A DNA stretch of 48,688 nucleotides from a virus (Duplodnaviria; Caudoviricetes): positions 1-48,688 of IMG/VR virus record IMGVR_UViG_3300044631_002939; one strand, written 5' to 3'. The notes under the pieces were generated by a model. That model did not search any database and was not told where the DNA came from. It saw only the letters and a list, made by a program, of their open reading frames with translations. The position numbers and the translations under genes are program-made. Position 1 is the stretch's first letter. Each line of letters starts with the position of its first letter. This document shows positions 1-7,938 of this stretch, piece by piece.

Positions 1-1935
1 CGCCAACAGGCGGCGGCTGAGAAGGCCCAGGCGGCCGCGGCCGCAGCAGCCAAGGCAGCTACGCCCCCCTCCAACACCAGCACCGGCATGGCCCCGGCCG
101 GCACGCCCAGGGGAGAGGCCGATCGGGCCGCCAAAGCAGGCGACCCTGACTATGAGTTTGCCCGAGCCTCGGCCGTGGGCAACGTCGGAGAGGATTTGAA
201 GGGCTCCGCCCGCCACAAGCGCAACGCCTGGCGAACCCTGGCAGAAGCAGAAGCAGAGGGGACGGCCGAGGCCCTGGTGACCCGGGACAAGCTCCTGAAG
301 GCGGAACCCCTTGATCTAACGGAAGGCATCACCAACGCCAACTACCTCACCCGCCTGGCCGGCCACTTGGCGCTGAAGGCCTTCCCTGCGCAGCCCTACA
401 CAGACAAAGCCTTCTCGGCCTACAACCGGTCCCAGATCGGCGGCAAAAAGACGCCGGCCGAGATGCGCAAGCTCTATTACGACCACCTGCAGCAGGTGAA
501 GGGCATCATCGACAAGCGCCGGGACGACGCAAATCCCCGCAACATGCTTTCGGAAATTGCCAGGGCGACCGTCGATCGGATTAGGGCCATCAGGGGCGAT
601 CAATCCCAGGGCACCGCTGATAACTTCAACCCTCTGGCCAACTCCCTGGTGGACCTCACAAAGAAGGCGAGCCAAGGTGGCTACGCCAAGTCGTCCATCA
701 CTGGGCAGATCAACACCCTTGGCCTCCGCCTCAGAAAGGCCAACGGCGGGAAGAGCCTTGCCGAGCTGGCCGATGTGATGCGCAACGCCACGGAGGAGGT
801 TGTGGGTGGCGCGTCGATCGACAAGGTCACCGGGGTGCAGCGTGGCGGGGTGACCATCAACCCTGCGGACCTCTACGTGAAGCGGGCAAAACGCACCGGC
901 GGCCGCGCCCTGGGTGTGGATGACACGCCGGCCGGATCCACGGCGGTGCTGGCCAATCGCATGGGGATGAGGGGCCTGCAGTTTGGCAACAGCGTTACTG
1001 ACGATGAGCGGGCCCACCACTTGCGCAAGACCGCAGAGGCCCTGGTGGACCTGGCGGACGTGACCGGCCTTCCCGATCGGGCCATCTCCCTGGACGGTCA
1101 GCTGGGCCTGGCCTTTGGAGCCAGGGGCAAGGGACGGGCCTCAGCCCACTACGAACCGGGCACAAAGGTGATCAACATCACCCGCAAGAACGGCGTCGGC
1201 ACCTTGGCCCATGAATGGGGACACGCGCTCGACGACTACATAGGGGCGCGGACTCCACGAGGGCAATCGTTTGCAAAGACCGGCGACATTTACCTCAGCG
1301 AGCAAACAAGCGACAAGTTCTGGGATAGCACCAGAGGCATCACCAGCAGCCAAGAAAACGATCCTGTCTGGAAAGCCATGGCTGGTGTGCGCAAGGCCAT
1401 CTATGAGGACAGCGACTACCCCCGGACCCTGGAAGATGGCCTCTACGGTCATGGCATCAAGCCAACGACCGGTCAGTGGAAATATTGGACATCAGGCCGT
1501 GAGGTGTTCGCCAGGACCTTCGAGCGGTACGTGCAGCACAAGTTGAGGAGCAAGGGGCAGGAAAACACCTACCTCTCGGGCATCGGCGGTGAGAGCCCCC
1601 TGTGGCCCACCAAGGAGCAGATCGCGAAGATGGCGCCGGCCTTCGATGAGCTGATGGAAGCCGTTGGCACCAACACTTTTGCCGGCATGACGCGCCGCAC
1701 CGACAGCCGGGAAGAGCGGATTCAGCGGCTGATCCAGGAGGCACGCCAGGCCGCAGCCGCCAATCACCGGGTCGATGCCGTGCCGGCGGGGCTGGAGGCC
1801 GTAGGCCTGCGCAAGCAGCCCTGGGCCGACTCCCTGGAAGCCCGGATCGACGCTCTGCGTCGGAAGTGCCAGACCGGCTCAGCAGTGAAGCCCGCCGCCG
1901 CCGGCAACTGCCCAAGGGCTGATTCATGGCGGTGA
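1..1935 (+). CDS. Polyvalent-type protein with zincin-like metallopeptidase (HExxH) and LPD1-like domain; 5'-truncated by window
   Basis: Frame open from base 1 (RQQAAAEK...). Motifs GLQFGN, LGLAFGARG..ASAHYEP..VINITRKNGVGTLAHEWGHALD and C-terminal YWTSGREVFARTFERYV...NTYL...P..EQIAKM..AFDELM resemble LPD1-containing phage/plasmid polyvalent proteins. Confidence 0.8.
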   Translation, partial: RQQAAAEKAQAAAAAAAKAATPPSNTSTGMAPAGTPRGEADRAAKAGDPDYEFARASAVGNVGEDLKGSARHKRNAWRTLAEAEAEGTAEALVTRDKLLKAEPLDLTEGITNANYLTRLAGHLALKAFPAQPYTDKAFSAYNRSQIGGKKTPAEMRKLYYDHLQQVKGIIDKRRDDANPRNMLSEIARATVDRIRAIRGDQSQGTADNFNPLANSLVDLTKKASQGGYAKSSITGQINTLGLRLRKANGGKSLAELADVMRNATEEVVGGASIDKVTGVQRGGVTINPADLYVKRAKRTGGRALGVDDTPAGSTAVLANRMGMRGLQFGNSVTDDERAHHLRKTAEALVDLADVTGLPDRAISLDGQLGLAFGARGKGRASAHYEPGTKVINITRKNGVGTLAHEWGHALDDYIGARTPRGQSFAKTGDIYLSEQTSDKFWDSTRGITSSQENDPVWKAMAGVRKAIYEDSDYPRTLEDGLYGHGIKPTTGQWKYWTSGREVFARTFERYVQHKLRSKGQENTYLSGIGGESPLWPTKEQIAKMAPAFDELMEAVGTNTFAGMTRRTDSREERIQRLIQEARQAAAANHRVDAVPAGLEAVGLRKQPWADSLEARIDALRRKCQTGSAVKPAAAGNCPRADSWR

Positions 1936-2858
1936 GCACTGACCTCAATGCCCGGTTTGCCGCCCTTGGGGCCCGTATCGATGCGGCCAGAAAGCGCTGC
2001 CAGACCGGTTACAGCTGCGGCAACAGCTGCATCAGCCTTCAGAAGGAGTGCAGGGCCAGGCCTGGCAGCTCGATCAGCAAGGAGCGGCTCAAGCGGCTGC
2101 AGCAGCTGGCCCGGGGCGAGGTGGCACCCAGAGGGTTAGGTGTGCCCGGGCAGGCGGCTGCGGTGGCCATGGCGGCCAACCTGCAACAGCGGCGCAGCCA
2201 GCACGCAACCGAGCTGCGAAGCAGCCGCCAGGCGAGGGCCCCCCAGCGCACTCCAGTGGCGGCGATCACGGCGGCGGAGATTAAGCAGGCCTTCCCGCTG
2301 CCCACCGCCCAACAGCGCCAGCAGCGGGATCAGCTGCAGCAGGCCACCAACCTGGCCGCGGCAGAACGCCAAGCGGTTTTCGATTACAGCGCCATCACCA
2401 GAGGGCCTCGGGCGGCATCAGCGCTAAACCGCTGCCTGCGACAGCCGGCCAGCTGCCGCCAAAAAAAGGCCACCGCCGCCATGGCAGCAGATTTTGATGC
2501 CGCATTGCAAAAATTGCCCAAGAACATAGAGGGGGCACAGTTTTATCGGGGCCTGGCCGTGAAGGATCCACAGATGGAACGCCTGTACCAGCAATTGCTC
2601 AAGGCCAGGCCTGGTGAGAAATTTGCGGATCAGGGTTACGGCTCCTATTCCGACGACCGGCGAGTGGCGGCCATCTATGCGGAGGCCAATGGCCCCGCCC
2701 CAGCGATCGTGTTGGTGAGCCGCAGCCAGGCCATCACCGGCATCAGTGCCATCTCCGGCTACCGCAAAGAGCGGGAATCGATCCTGCCTCGGGGCACAGC
2801 GCAGACCGTGCGGCGCGTGCGGCGCCAGGGGGCCACCATCTACGTGGAGCTCGATTGA
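1926..2858 (+). CDS. ADP-ribosyltransferase (R-S-E, VIP2/C2-like) with N-terminal Cys-rich leader
   Basis: DYS...LNRCLR...DAALQKLP, catalytic-type YRG, GYGSYS (STS-like) and ISAISGYRKERESILPRG (ExE). N-terminal CxxGxSCGxSCIxxxKEC cluster. Confidence 0.8.
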   Translation: MAVSTDLNARFAALGARIDAARKRCQTGYSCGNSCISLQKECRARPGSSISKERLKRLQQLARGEVAPRGLGVPGQAAAVAMAANLQQRRSQHATELRSSRQARAPQRTPVAAITAAEIKQAFPLPTAQQRQQRDQLQQATNLAAAERQAVFDYSAITRGPRAASALNRCLRQPASCRQKKATAAMAADFDAALQKLPKNIEGAQFYRGLAVKDPQMERLYQQLLKARPGEKFADQGYGSYSDDRRVAAIYAEANGPAPAIVLVSRSQAITGISAISGYRKERESILPRGTAQTVRRVRRQGATIYVELD

Positions 2859-2918
2859 CACAAGCGGCAGGGGGCCTAGCGTGGCAACTTGCAAGCCAGC
2901 CTTACAACTTCAGGCGCC

Positions 2919-3095
2919 ATGGAAATCCGCCGCACCGCTCGCCCGATCCCGGCCACCACTCCCAGCGATGCCGCCGCCCGCGAGGCGTTCCGGGCCCGGA
3001 TGCAGGATTGCGGTATGCAGCCCGTGCCCCCTGCAGCCAAGCCCGCCACCAAGACGGCCACAGCATCCACCAAATGGCAACGGCCCCAGCGGTAA
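2919..3095 (+). CDS. Small hypothetical protein (58 aa)
   Basis: ATG at 2919 in the 2889..3095 ORF, directly after the ART on the same strand. Confidence 0.45.
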   Translation: MEIRRTARPIPATTPSDAAAREAFRARMQDCGMQPVPPAAKPATKTATASTKWQRPQR

Positions 3096-3292
3096 AGCTG
3101 AGGCCGCGGCCTTGCAATTGGTGGAGCCGGGCTTTAGGACCGTTTCAGACCGACCCCAACAAAAATCGGCCACGGCGCCCCCCTTGCGGAAGATGGGTCA
3201 ACCCGACCCCAGGGCCAGTGTAGGGCGTGGCGGTGGTGTCAGGCATGGGTCAGTCCGCAGGGCGTGTTAAGGTCTTTTGGGCGGTATGCTGT

Positions 3293-3544
3293 CTATATGC
3301 TGTCTGCGATTCCAGCATACTGGAATGGGTAGCTGGGTGGAGGTGGGTAGCCGTAATTTCTCTTGTATAAATAGTGGCCTTGGCCACTTGTGTGGCGAAA
3401 GGGGACTACGATAGACTCAGTGTAAGGGTCAACACCACCGCAAACCTCGCCATCAAGTGGACCACCTACCAGTGTGACTTGAACAAAGCTTGGATAACAC
3501 TGAATCCAGGCGCCCCGGTCGTCTTTTGGCAGTTGGTTGACCAT
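3293..3544 (-). CDS. Hypothetical protein (83 aa)
   Basis: ATG at 3544 just after the 41-bp intergenic repeat. Contains an LVGGPLDG motif common in small phage proteins. Confidence 0.65.
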   Translation of the reverse strand: MVNQLPKDDRGAWIQCYPSFVQVTLVGGPLDGEVCGGVDPYTESIVVPFRHTSGQGHYLYKRNYGYPPPPSYPFQYAGIADSI

Positions 3545-3566
3545 GGATAAATTCGCAGAATGGATG

Positions 3567-3607
3567 GGTTGCCGGAATAGCCTCCCGTCGGGCCGTGGTG
3601 GTGTCAG
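3567..3607 (-). repeat. 41-bp intergenic repeat, copy B (with hairpin)
   Basis: 36/41 identical to 4120..4160. Begins at the stop codon of the upstream gene. Confidence 0.9.
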
Positions 3608-4086
3608 GCATTGGGCCAGCATCCCCGGCACAAATGCAGAGGCATGTGCACGGGCTGCGCACCGCAGCCCGTGCACGCTTCCCACAGCTCGCCGCTCATG
3701 CGCGGCACAGCTGCGACCGGGATTTGAGCAGCTGCAGCATCACGTTGCTCGGCTTTGAAAACAAATCCACGGCGCTGGTGCAGCGTGTTGGGGATCCCAC
3801 GCTGTCGGCGAGACTCGGCAGTTGCGAAATAAGTGCCCAGGTCGTAGTTTCCGATTACATACTGAGTAGTTTGATGATCCTCTAGAGGCGTCACGCCTAG
3901 CTCTGCACAGGCTGCTAGATAGGCCGCACGATCCAGGAGATTTGGCAGCTTGAATATCGACCAGACGGCAACAAAGAACTCGTCTGGATTGTCAACGTTA
4001 TACAGGGAGCCGTTAACTTTGACATTACAGCCGCGCTCGTTAATGCGCTTGAATCCGTGGTAGAGGGAGCAGGGATCAGTAGACAT
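3604..4086 (-). CDS. Hypothetical protein with C-terminal CxxC...CxxC zinc-finger-like motif
   Basis: 160-aa ORF ending CTGC...CRGC, flanked by the two 41-bp repeats. Confidence 0.75.
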   Translation of the reverse strand: MSTDPCSLYHGFKRINERGCNVKVNGSLYNVDNPDEFFVAVWSIFKLPNLLDRAAYLAACAELGVTPLEDHQTTQYVIGNYDLGTYFATAESRRQRGIPNTLHQRRGFVFKAEQRDAAAAQIPVAAVPRMSGELWEACTGCGAQPVHMPLHLCRGCWPNA

Positions 4087-4119
4087 GGCTGGTTTGTGAG
4101 TGATGAAAAATGGTTTACA

Positions 4120-4160
4120 GGTTGCCGGGATAGGCTCCCGGCGGGCCGTGATGGGGTCAG
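4120..4160 (-). repeat. 41-bp intergenic repeat, copy A (hairpin GCCGGGA-gccta-TCCCGGC on minus strand)
   Basis: Direct repeat of 3567..3607. Includes the TGA of the 4157..4480 gene. Confidence 0.9.
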
Positions 4161-4480
4161 CTAGCTAGGACGGCCAGGGCTTTGCTGTTCATCCAAGCCG
4201 GCACTTCGGAAGTCATGGTCAGCCCATCTCGCATCATGGCTGCCACTAACTGAGCTGCTTGCCACGGTGTAGCGCGACGAATTGCCATCGAAATAGTGCC
4301 AGAAGTCCGCCCTGTTGCGTCAGAGTAAAGCACTCCATACGCCAGTTGTTTAATGTCAAAATTATTTGTCTGCTGCTCCAGGCTGCGTAATTGCTTTTCA
4401 GCTCCGCCAACTGTGGTGCGCTTGGCTCTGCCGGCAGCAGGGATAGTTGCTAGTACGGCAGTAGCCGTTGATGCAGTCAT
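4157..4480 (-). CDS. Hypothetical early protein (107 aa)
   Basis: ATG at 4480 (MTASTATAV...) immediately follows promoter/stem-loop module copy 1. Confidence 0.75.
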   Translation of the reverse strand: MTASTATAVLATIPAAGRAKRTTVGGAEKQLRSLEQQTNNFDIKQLAYGVLYSDATGRTSGTISMAIRRATPWQAAQLVAAMMRDGLTMTSEVPAWMNSKALAVLAS

Positions 4481-4485
4481 TTTCC

Positions 4486-4553
4486 GTGTTGGTGGTGGGG
4501 CCCCTCGGCCCCGGTGCATGAATGGTAACACGCCCGTAACGATCTGGCAAGGG
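4486..4553 (-). promoter_or_regulatory. Repeated early promoter/stem-loop module, copy 1
   Basis: Minus strand: TTGCCA (4550-4545), 17-bp spacer containing CGTTACGGGCGTG, TACCAT (4527-4522), hairpin GGGGCC-GAGG-GGCCCC, ACCACCAACAC leader. Confidence 0.85.
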
Positions 4554-4599
4554 CAACTGCTTGGAATTTCCAGATAGTCGCCCTTGCCCTGCAGGACCA

Positions 4600-4635
4600 C
4601 CAGACCATTTTCCTGGCGCCAGGAAAATGGTCTGG
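4600..4635. repeat. Perfect 36-bp palindrome
   Basis: CCAGACCATTTTCCTGGC|GCCAGGAAAATGGTCTGG, with no loop. Confidence 0.95.
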
Positions 4636-4647
4636 CCCGGCCCCTGG

Positions 4648-4878
4648 CTAGAGCATCAGCAACAGGTCGGCGCTAACCCCCAACACCTGGCAGATGGCCC
4701 GCAGCTGCTCCGGGGCGGCTGCAGCTTGGCCCAGCTCCAGTTTTGCGATCCATGGTTGCTGGCAGCCGATTGCTTCCGCCAGCTGGGCCTGGGTGAGGTT
4801 GCGCTGGTGGCGCAGGTTGCGCATGCGGCCCCCGAGCACTCCGCGCACGTAAAAAGCAGGGGCGATGGCTGATTGCAT
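4648..4878 (-). CDS. XRE/Cro-C1 family helix-turn-helix regulator
   Basis: LGGRMRNLRHQRNLTQAQLAEAIGCQQPWIAKLELG...LRAICQVLGVSADLLL, an HTH_3 pattern. Start is ATG 4878 or a nearby downstream codon. Confidence 0.85.
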   Translation of the reverse strand: MQSAIAPAFYVRGVLGGRMRNLRHQRNLTQAQLAEAIGCQQPWIAKLELGQAAAAPEQLRAICQVLGVSADLLLML

Positions 4879-4941
4879 TCCATGGCGGAATAATTCACCC
4901 CAGGATGGGCGGATTGCCTCAGCCTGGCCACAGAGATCAGC

Positions 4942-6279
4942 GTGCCTGTGGCCTATGAGCTGAGATTTGATCGGGGCGCAATCGGCCCGAACTGGAGCAA
5001 AACTCCAGAGGGCTTTCTGCAGGCCCGCGGCAATTTCTCGCGCACTGGCTGCCAGACCTACCGCCGGCAGGACGGCAGCACGGTGGTTGAGTACCGCCCC
5101 GAAAGCGAGGTTGCGCATCGCGACAGCATCCTTTCGCTGGGAGGGTTGCCGGTCACGCATGAGCATCCGCCCACCCTGTTGACACCGGACAATGCCCGCG
5201 AATATCAGCGGGGCTCCACCGGCACTCACGTCACCTACGACAACGGGTTCACCAGCGGTGTCGTCACGATCACCGATCGGGAGTTGATTGAGGCGGTGGA
5301 GCGGGGCGATGCAACGGAGCTCTCGGTGGGCTACCGGGTGGAAATCGACCGCACCCCTGGCGTCGCCCCAGACGGCACCCGCTACGACGCGGTGCAACGC
5401 CGCATCTCCGGCAACCACTTGGCGGTGACGCGCCGGGGGCGCTCCAACGACGCCGGTGCACCCACCGATGGCCGCCGGGTGGCCCTGCACCTGGATTCGG
5501 CCGATGTCACCGACTGGGCCGAATCGGTGGACTGCCATCAATTTGATTCCCTATCTGCCCCGGAGGGCAACCACATGAGCACTGAATTTTCCAGCCGCAG
5601 CGATGGCTACGGCAAAAAGCCCATGCCACCTGTCATGGAGGAAGAGATGGAGGAGGAGATGGAAGAAGACCCCGATGAGGAGGGGATGGAAGAGGAGGTG
5701 ATGGATCCCCCCGTGGCGCCCAAAAGCCGTACCAGGCGGGCCCCCGGCCGCCGCGACAGCAACGACAGCGTTCCGCGTGCTGAATACGACCGGGTGCGCT
5801 CGACCCTGGCCGCCCGTATCTCCCAGCACGAAGCCGATCTTGGACGCCTCGACGCTCTATCCATCCGCCTGGATGAGCTGGAGGGCGAGATCGCTGATCA
5901 GCCAGGCGAGCGGCTGGATGCCGACCAGTTCAATGCGCTGGTGAGCGAACGGGTGGAGCTGCTGGAGAAGGCCCACGCCATGACGGGCGAGCGGATTGAT
6001 TCCGCCGGTAAAAGCGCCCGTGAAATCCAGCTGGAGGCCCTGAATGCCGTTGGCTACGAAACCGATCGGTTGGATGGCAAATCGGACGAATACGTGGCCG
6101 CCACCTTCGATGCCATGACGGAGCGGGCCGATGGCCAGCCGCTGGACAGCTCCACAGGCCTGGCCCTGCTGTTGGGCAAGGCCCGCCGCTCCGGCGGCAA
6201 CCGCAATGACGGCTTGGCGGCCTACAAGGCGGCCACCGCCGCCGCCTCAACGCAGCCCCTGATGAATCACGTGCCCTGA
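4942..6279 (+). CDS. DUF2213-family prohead protease/scaffold protein
   Basis: TPEGFL, RTG.Q.Y, EYRPESEV, PVTHEHP, ELSVGY, NHLAV motifs. Acidic and coiled C-terminal half. Sits before the decoration and capsid genes. Confidence 0.9.
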   Translation: MPVAYELRFDRGAIGPNWSKTPEGFLQARGNFSRTGCQTYRRQDGSTVVEYRPESEVAHRDSILSLGGLPVTHEHPPTLLTPDNAREYQRGSTGTHVTYDNGFTSGVVTITDRELIEAVERGDATELSVGYRVEIDRTPGVAPDGTRYDAVQRRISGNHLAVTRRGRSNDAGAPTDGRRVALHLDSADVTDWAESVDCHQFDSLSAPEGNHMSTEFSSRSDGYGKKPMPPVMEEEMEEEMEEDPDEEGMEEEVMDPPVAPKSRTRRAPGRRDSNDSVPRAEYDRVRSTLAARISQHEADLGRLDALSIRLDELEGEIADQPGERLDADQFNALVSERVELLEKAHAMTGERIDSAGKSAREIQLEALNAVGYETDRLDGKSDEYVAATFDAMTERADGQPLDSSTGLALLLGKARRSGGNRNDGLAAYKAATAAASTQPLMNHVP

Positions 6280-6333
6280 TCGCTACTTGACGGCTACTTG
6301 ATTGGCCCTTAGCAAACCCACACTGGAGATCGC

Positions 6334-6900
6334 ATGTCCCCTCTTGTTTTTACCACCAACGCATCATCCGTTGATGATGGCGCTCAAATCAGCTACACGG
6401 CCCAGGCCGATCGTGGCTTGCCGGGCCAAATCGCCACCAGCGCCACCACCACCACCCTCACGGGCAACAATGAAACCGGCAGCCGGCTGCTCTACGGCGT
6501 GCCGCTGGCTGCCAATGGATCGGGTCTGCTGCCCAACTCGGTGATTACTCGCACCACGGCAGGGGCCATCCTGGGGATCTCCGCCCGCACTGCCGCATTT
6601 GAGCGCGGTGGCCCCGATTCATCGCCCGCCTATGCCGATGGCATCCCTGATGGCCGGGCCGTGAACATTCTCACCCGTGGCGTGATCTATTTCGATGCGT
6701 GGGAAGCCATCCCCGTGGGCACCACCCTGCGTTATTTCAAATCCGGCACCAATATTGGCCGTTGGGGTGTCACGGCTAGCGCCGGCAACAGCCTGCTGTT
6801 GGCTGCTGGTGGCTGGGCCATCCGCAAAGCCGCCGCCGCTAATGGTGTGGTGATGGTGGAAATCAACACACCCGCAGCGCTCACCTTCACCGCCGACTAA
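6334..6900 (+). CDS. Capsid decoration/cement protein
   Basis: Between protease and capsid genes. GLPGQIA...ILGIS...VNILTRGVIY pattern. Confidence 0.7.
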   Translation: MSPLVFTTNASSVDDGAQISYTAQADRGLPGQIATSATTTTLTGNNETGSRLLYGVPLAANGSGLLPNSVITRTTAGAILGISARTAAFERGGPDSSPAYADGIPDGRAVNILTRGVIYFDAWEAIPVGTTLRYFKSGTNIGRWGVTASAGNSLLLAAGGWAIRKAAAANGVVMVEINTPAALTFTAD

Positions 6901-6945
6901 GAAACCGACTGCATTCCCCATTTATCCAATCGCACTATTTCTCCA

Positions 6946-7887
6946 ATGGGCTACAGCCAAACCCGACAGGATGCCCAGGCCGCGGCCGGCATCTTTCTTG
7001 AAAACGAACTGCGTCAGAATCTCAACCGCTCATTTGAGAAACAGTACCCGGAGTACCATTACGCCCGGATCGTCCCCGTAAGCTTTGAATTGGATCCAGG
7101 CGCCGAAACCTATAAGTATGACCTATTCGACCGCGTAGGCGATTTTGATCTGGTGGCCGATGCTGCCGACGACCTGCCCATGTCTGATGTAAAGCGCGGC
7201 GAGGTTATCAACACTATTCGCCAGTTTGGTGGCGCAACGAAATACACCACCGATGAGGTGCGAAAGGCGCAATTCAGCAAAATACCGCTTCAGCAGCGCC
7301 GCATAGACGCAATGCGCATGGCCTATGAGGAGCGGATGCACCGCACCTGCCTGTTTGGCTATGCCGGCACTGGACTGCGAGGATTTTTCAATCACCCGGC
7401 CGTGGACCGCCTGGTGGTCACGGGCACCGCCACTGACGGTTGGTTTGATGCGCCTAGCATCACACCCGACCAGATGAACTCCCTGCTTTGTGAGGGCATT
7501 ACCTACCAGGGCAGCTTGACCGGAATGGTCGAAACTCCAGATACGCTGCTGCTGCCCTTTAGCGATTGGCGCAGGGTAAGCACCACCCCCAGAAGCAGTA
7601 ACAGTGACACCACTGTGCTGGAGTTTTTCCTCAAAACCAACGGCACGATCAAGAATGTAGAGCCAATCAACGAATTGGATTTGGGTAAGAGCTTTGGTAA
7701 TCTGACGGCCAAGCGGATGATCTACTACAAGCGAGATCCGGCGAAGCTGGAATTTCATATTTCCCTCCCGCTCACGTTGCTGCCGCCCGAGCCCCGAAAT
7801 CTTGCCTTCATCGTGAATGGAGAATCAAAATCTGGTGGCTTTGCTCCCTACTACCCCAAATCGATCACTTACGTCGATAAGGGCTAA
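6946..7887 (+). CDS. Major capsid protein (DUF2184-type, HK97 fold)
   Basis: FLENEL...EKQYPE, GAETYKY, ADDLP, GLRGFFNHP, PDTLLLP, DTTVLEFF, GG..YYP motifs; position in head module. Confidence 0.9.
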   Translation: MGYSQTRQDAQAAAGIFLENELRQNLNRSFEKQYPEYHYARIVPVSFELDPGAETYKYDLFDRVGDFDLVADAADDLPMSDVKRGEVINTIRQFGGATKYTTDEVRKAQFSKIPLQQRRIDAMRMAYEERMHRTCLFGYAGTGLRGFFNHPAVDRLVVTGTATDGWFDAPSITPDQMNSLLCEGITYQGSLTGMVETPDTLLLPFSDWRRVSTTPRSSNSDTTVLEFFLKTNGTIKNVEPINELDLGKSFGNLTAKRMIYYKRDPAKLEFHISLPLTLLPPEPRNLAFIVNGESKSGGFAPYYPKSITYVDKG

Positions 7888-7938
7888 TCGTGCCTGCTCC
7901 CTGACGCGACCGCACCACCACCACTCCAGCAACCGCCC

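Noticed and set aside
3567-4160. 41-bp repeats as integron attC sites or CRISPR repeats
   Set aside because: No tyrosine integrase or cas genes, no clear RYYYAAC...GTTRRRY arrangement, and whole genes lie between the copies.
4600-4635. Palindrome as a protelomerase target
   Set aside because: No protelomerase recognised in the window, and the phage has a serine integrase with attP.
4879-5541. Long N-terminal extension of the XRE ORF and other long antisense ORFs
   Set aside because: Shadow frames of GC-rich genes with no recognisable motifs.
6946-7887. Encapsulin nanocompartment
   Set aside because: Context is a full head-tail module with terminase, so it is a phage capsid.
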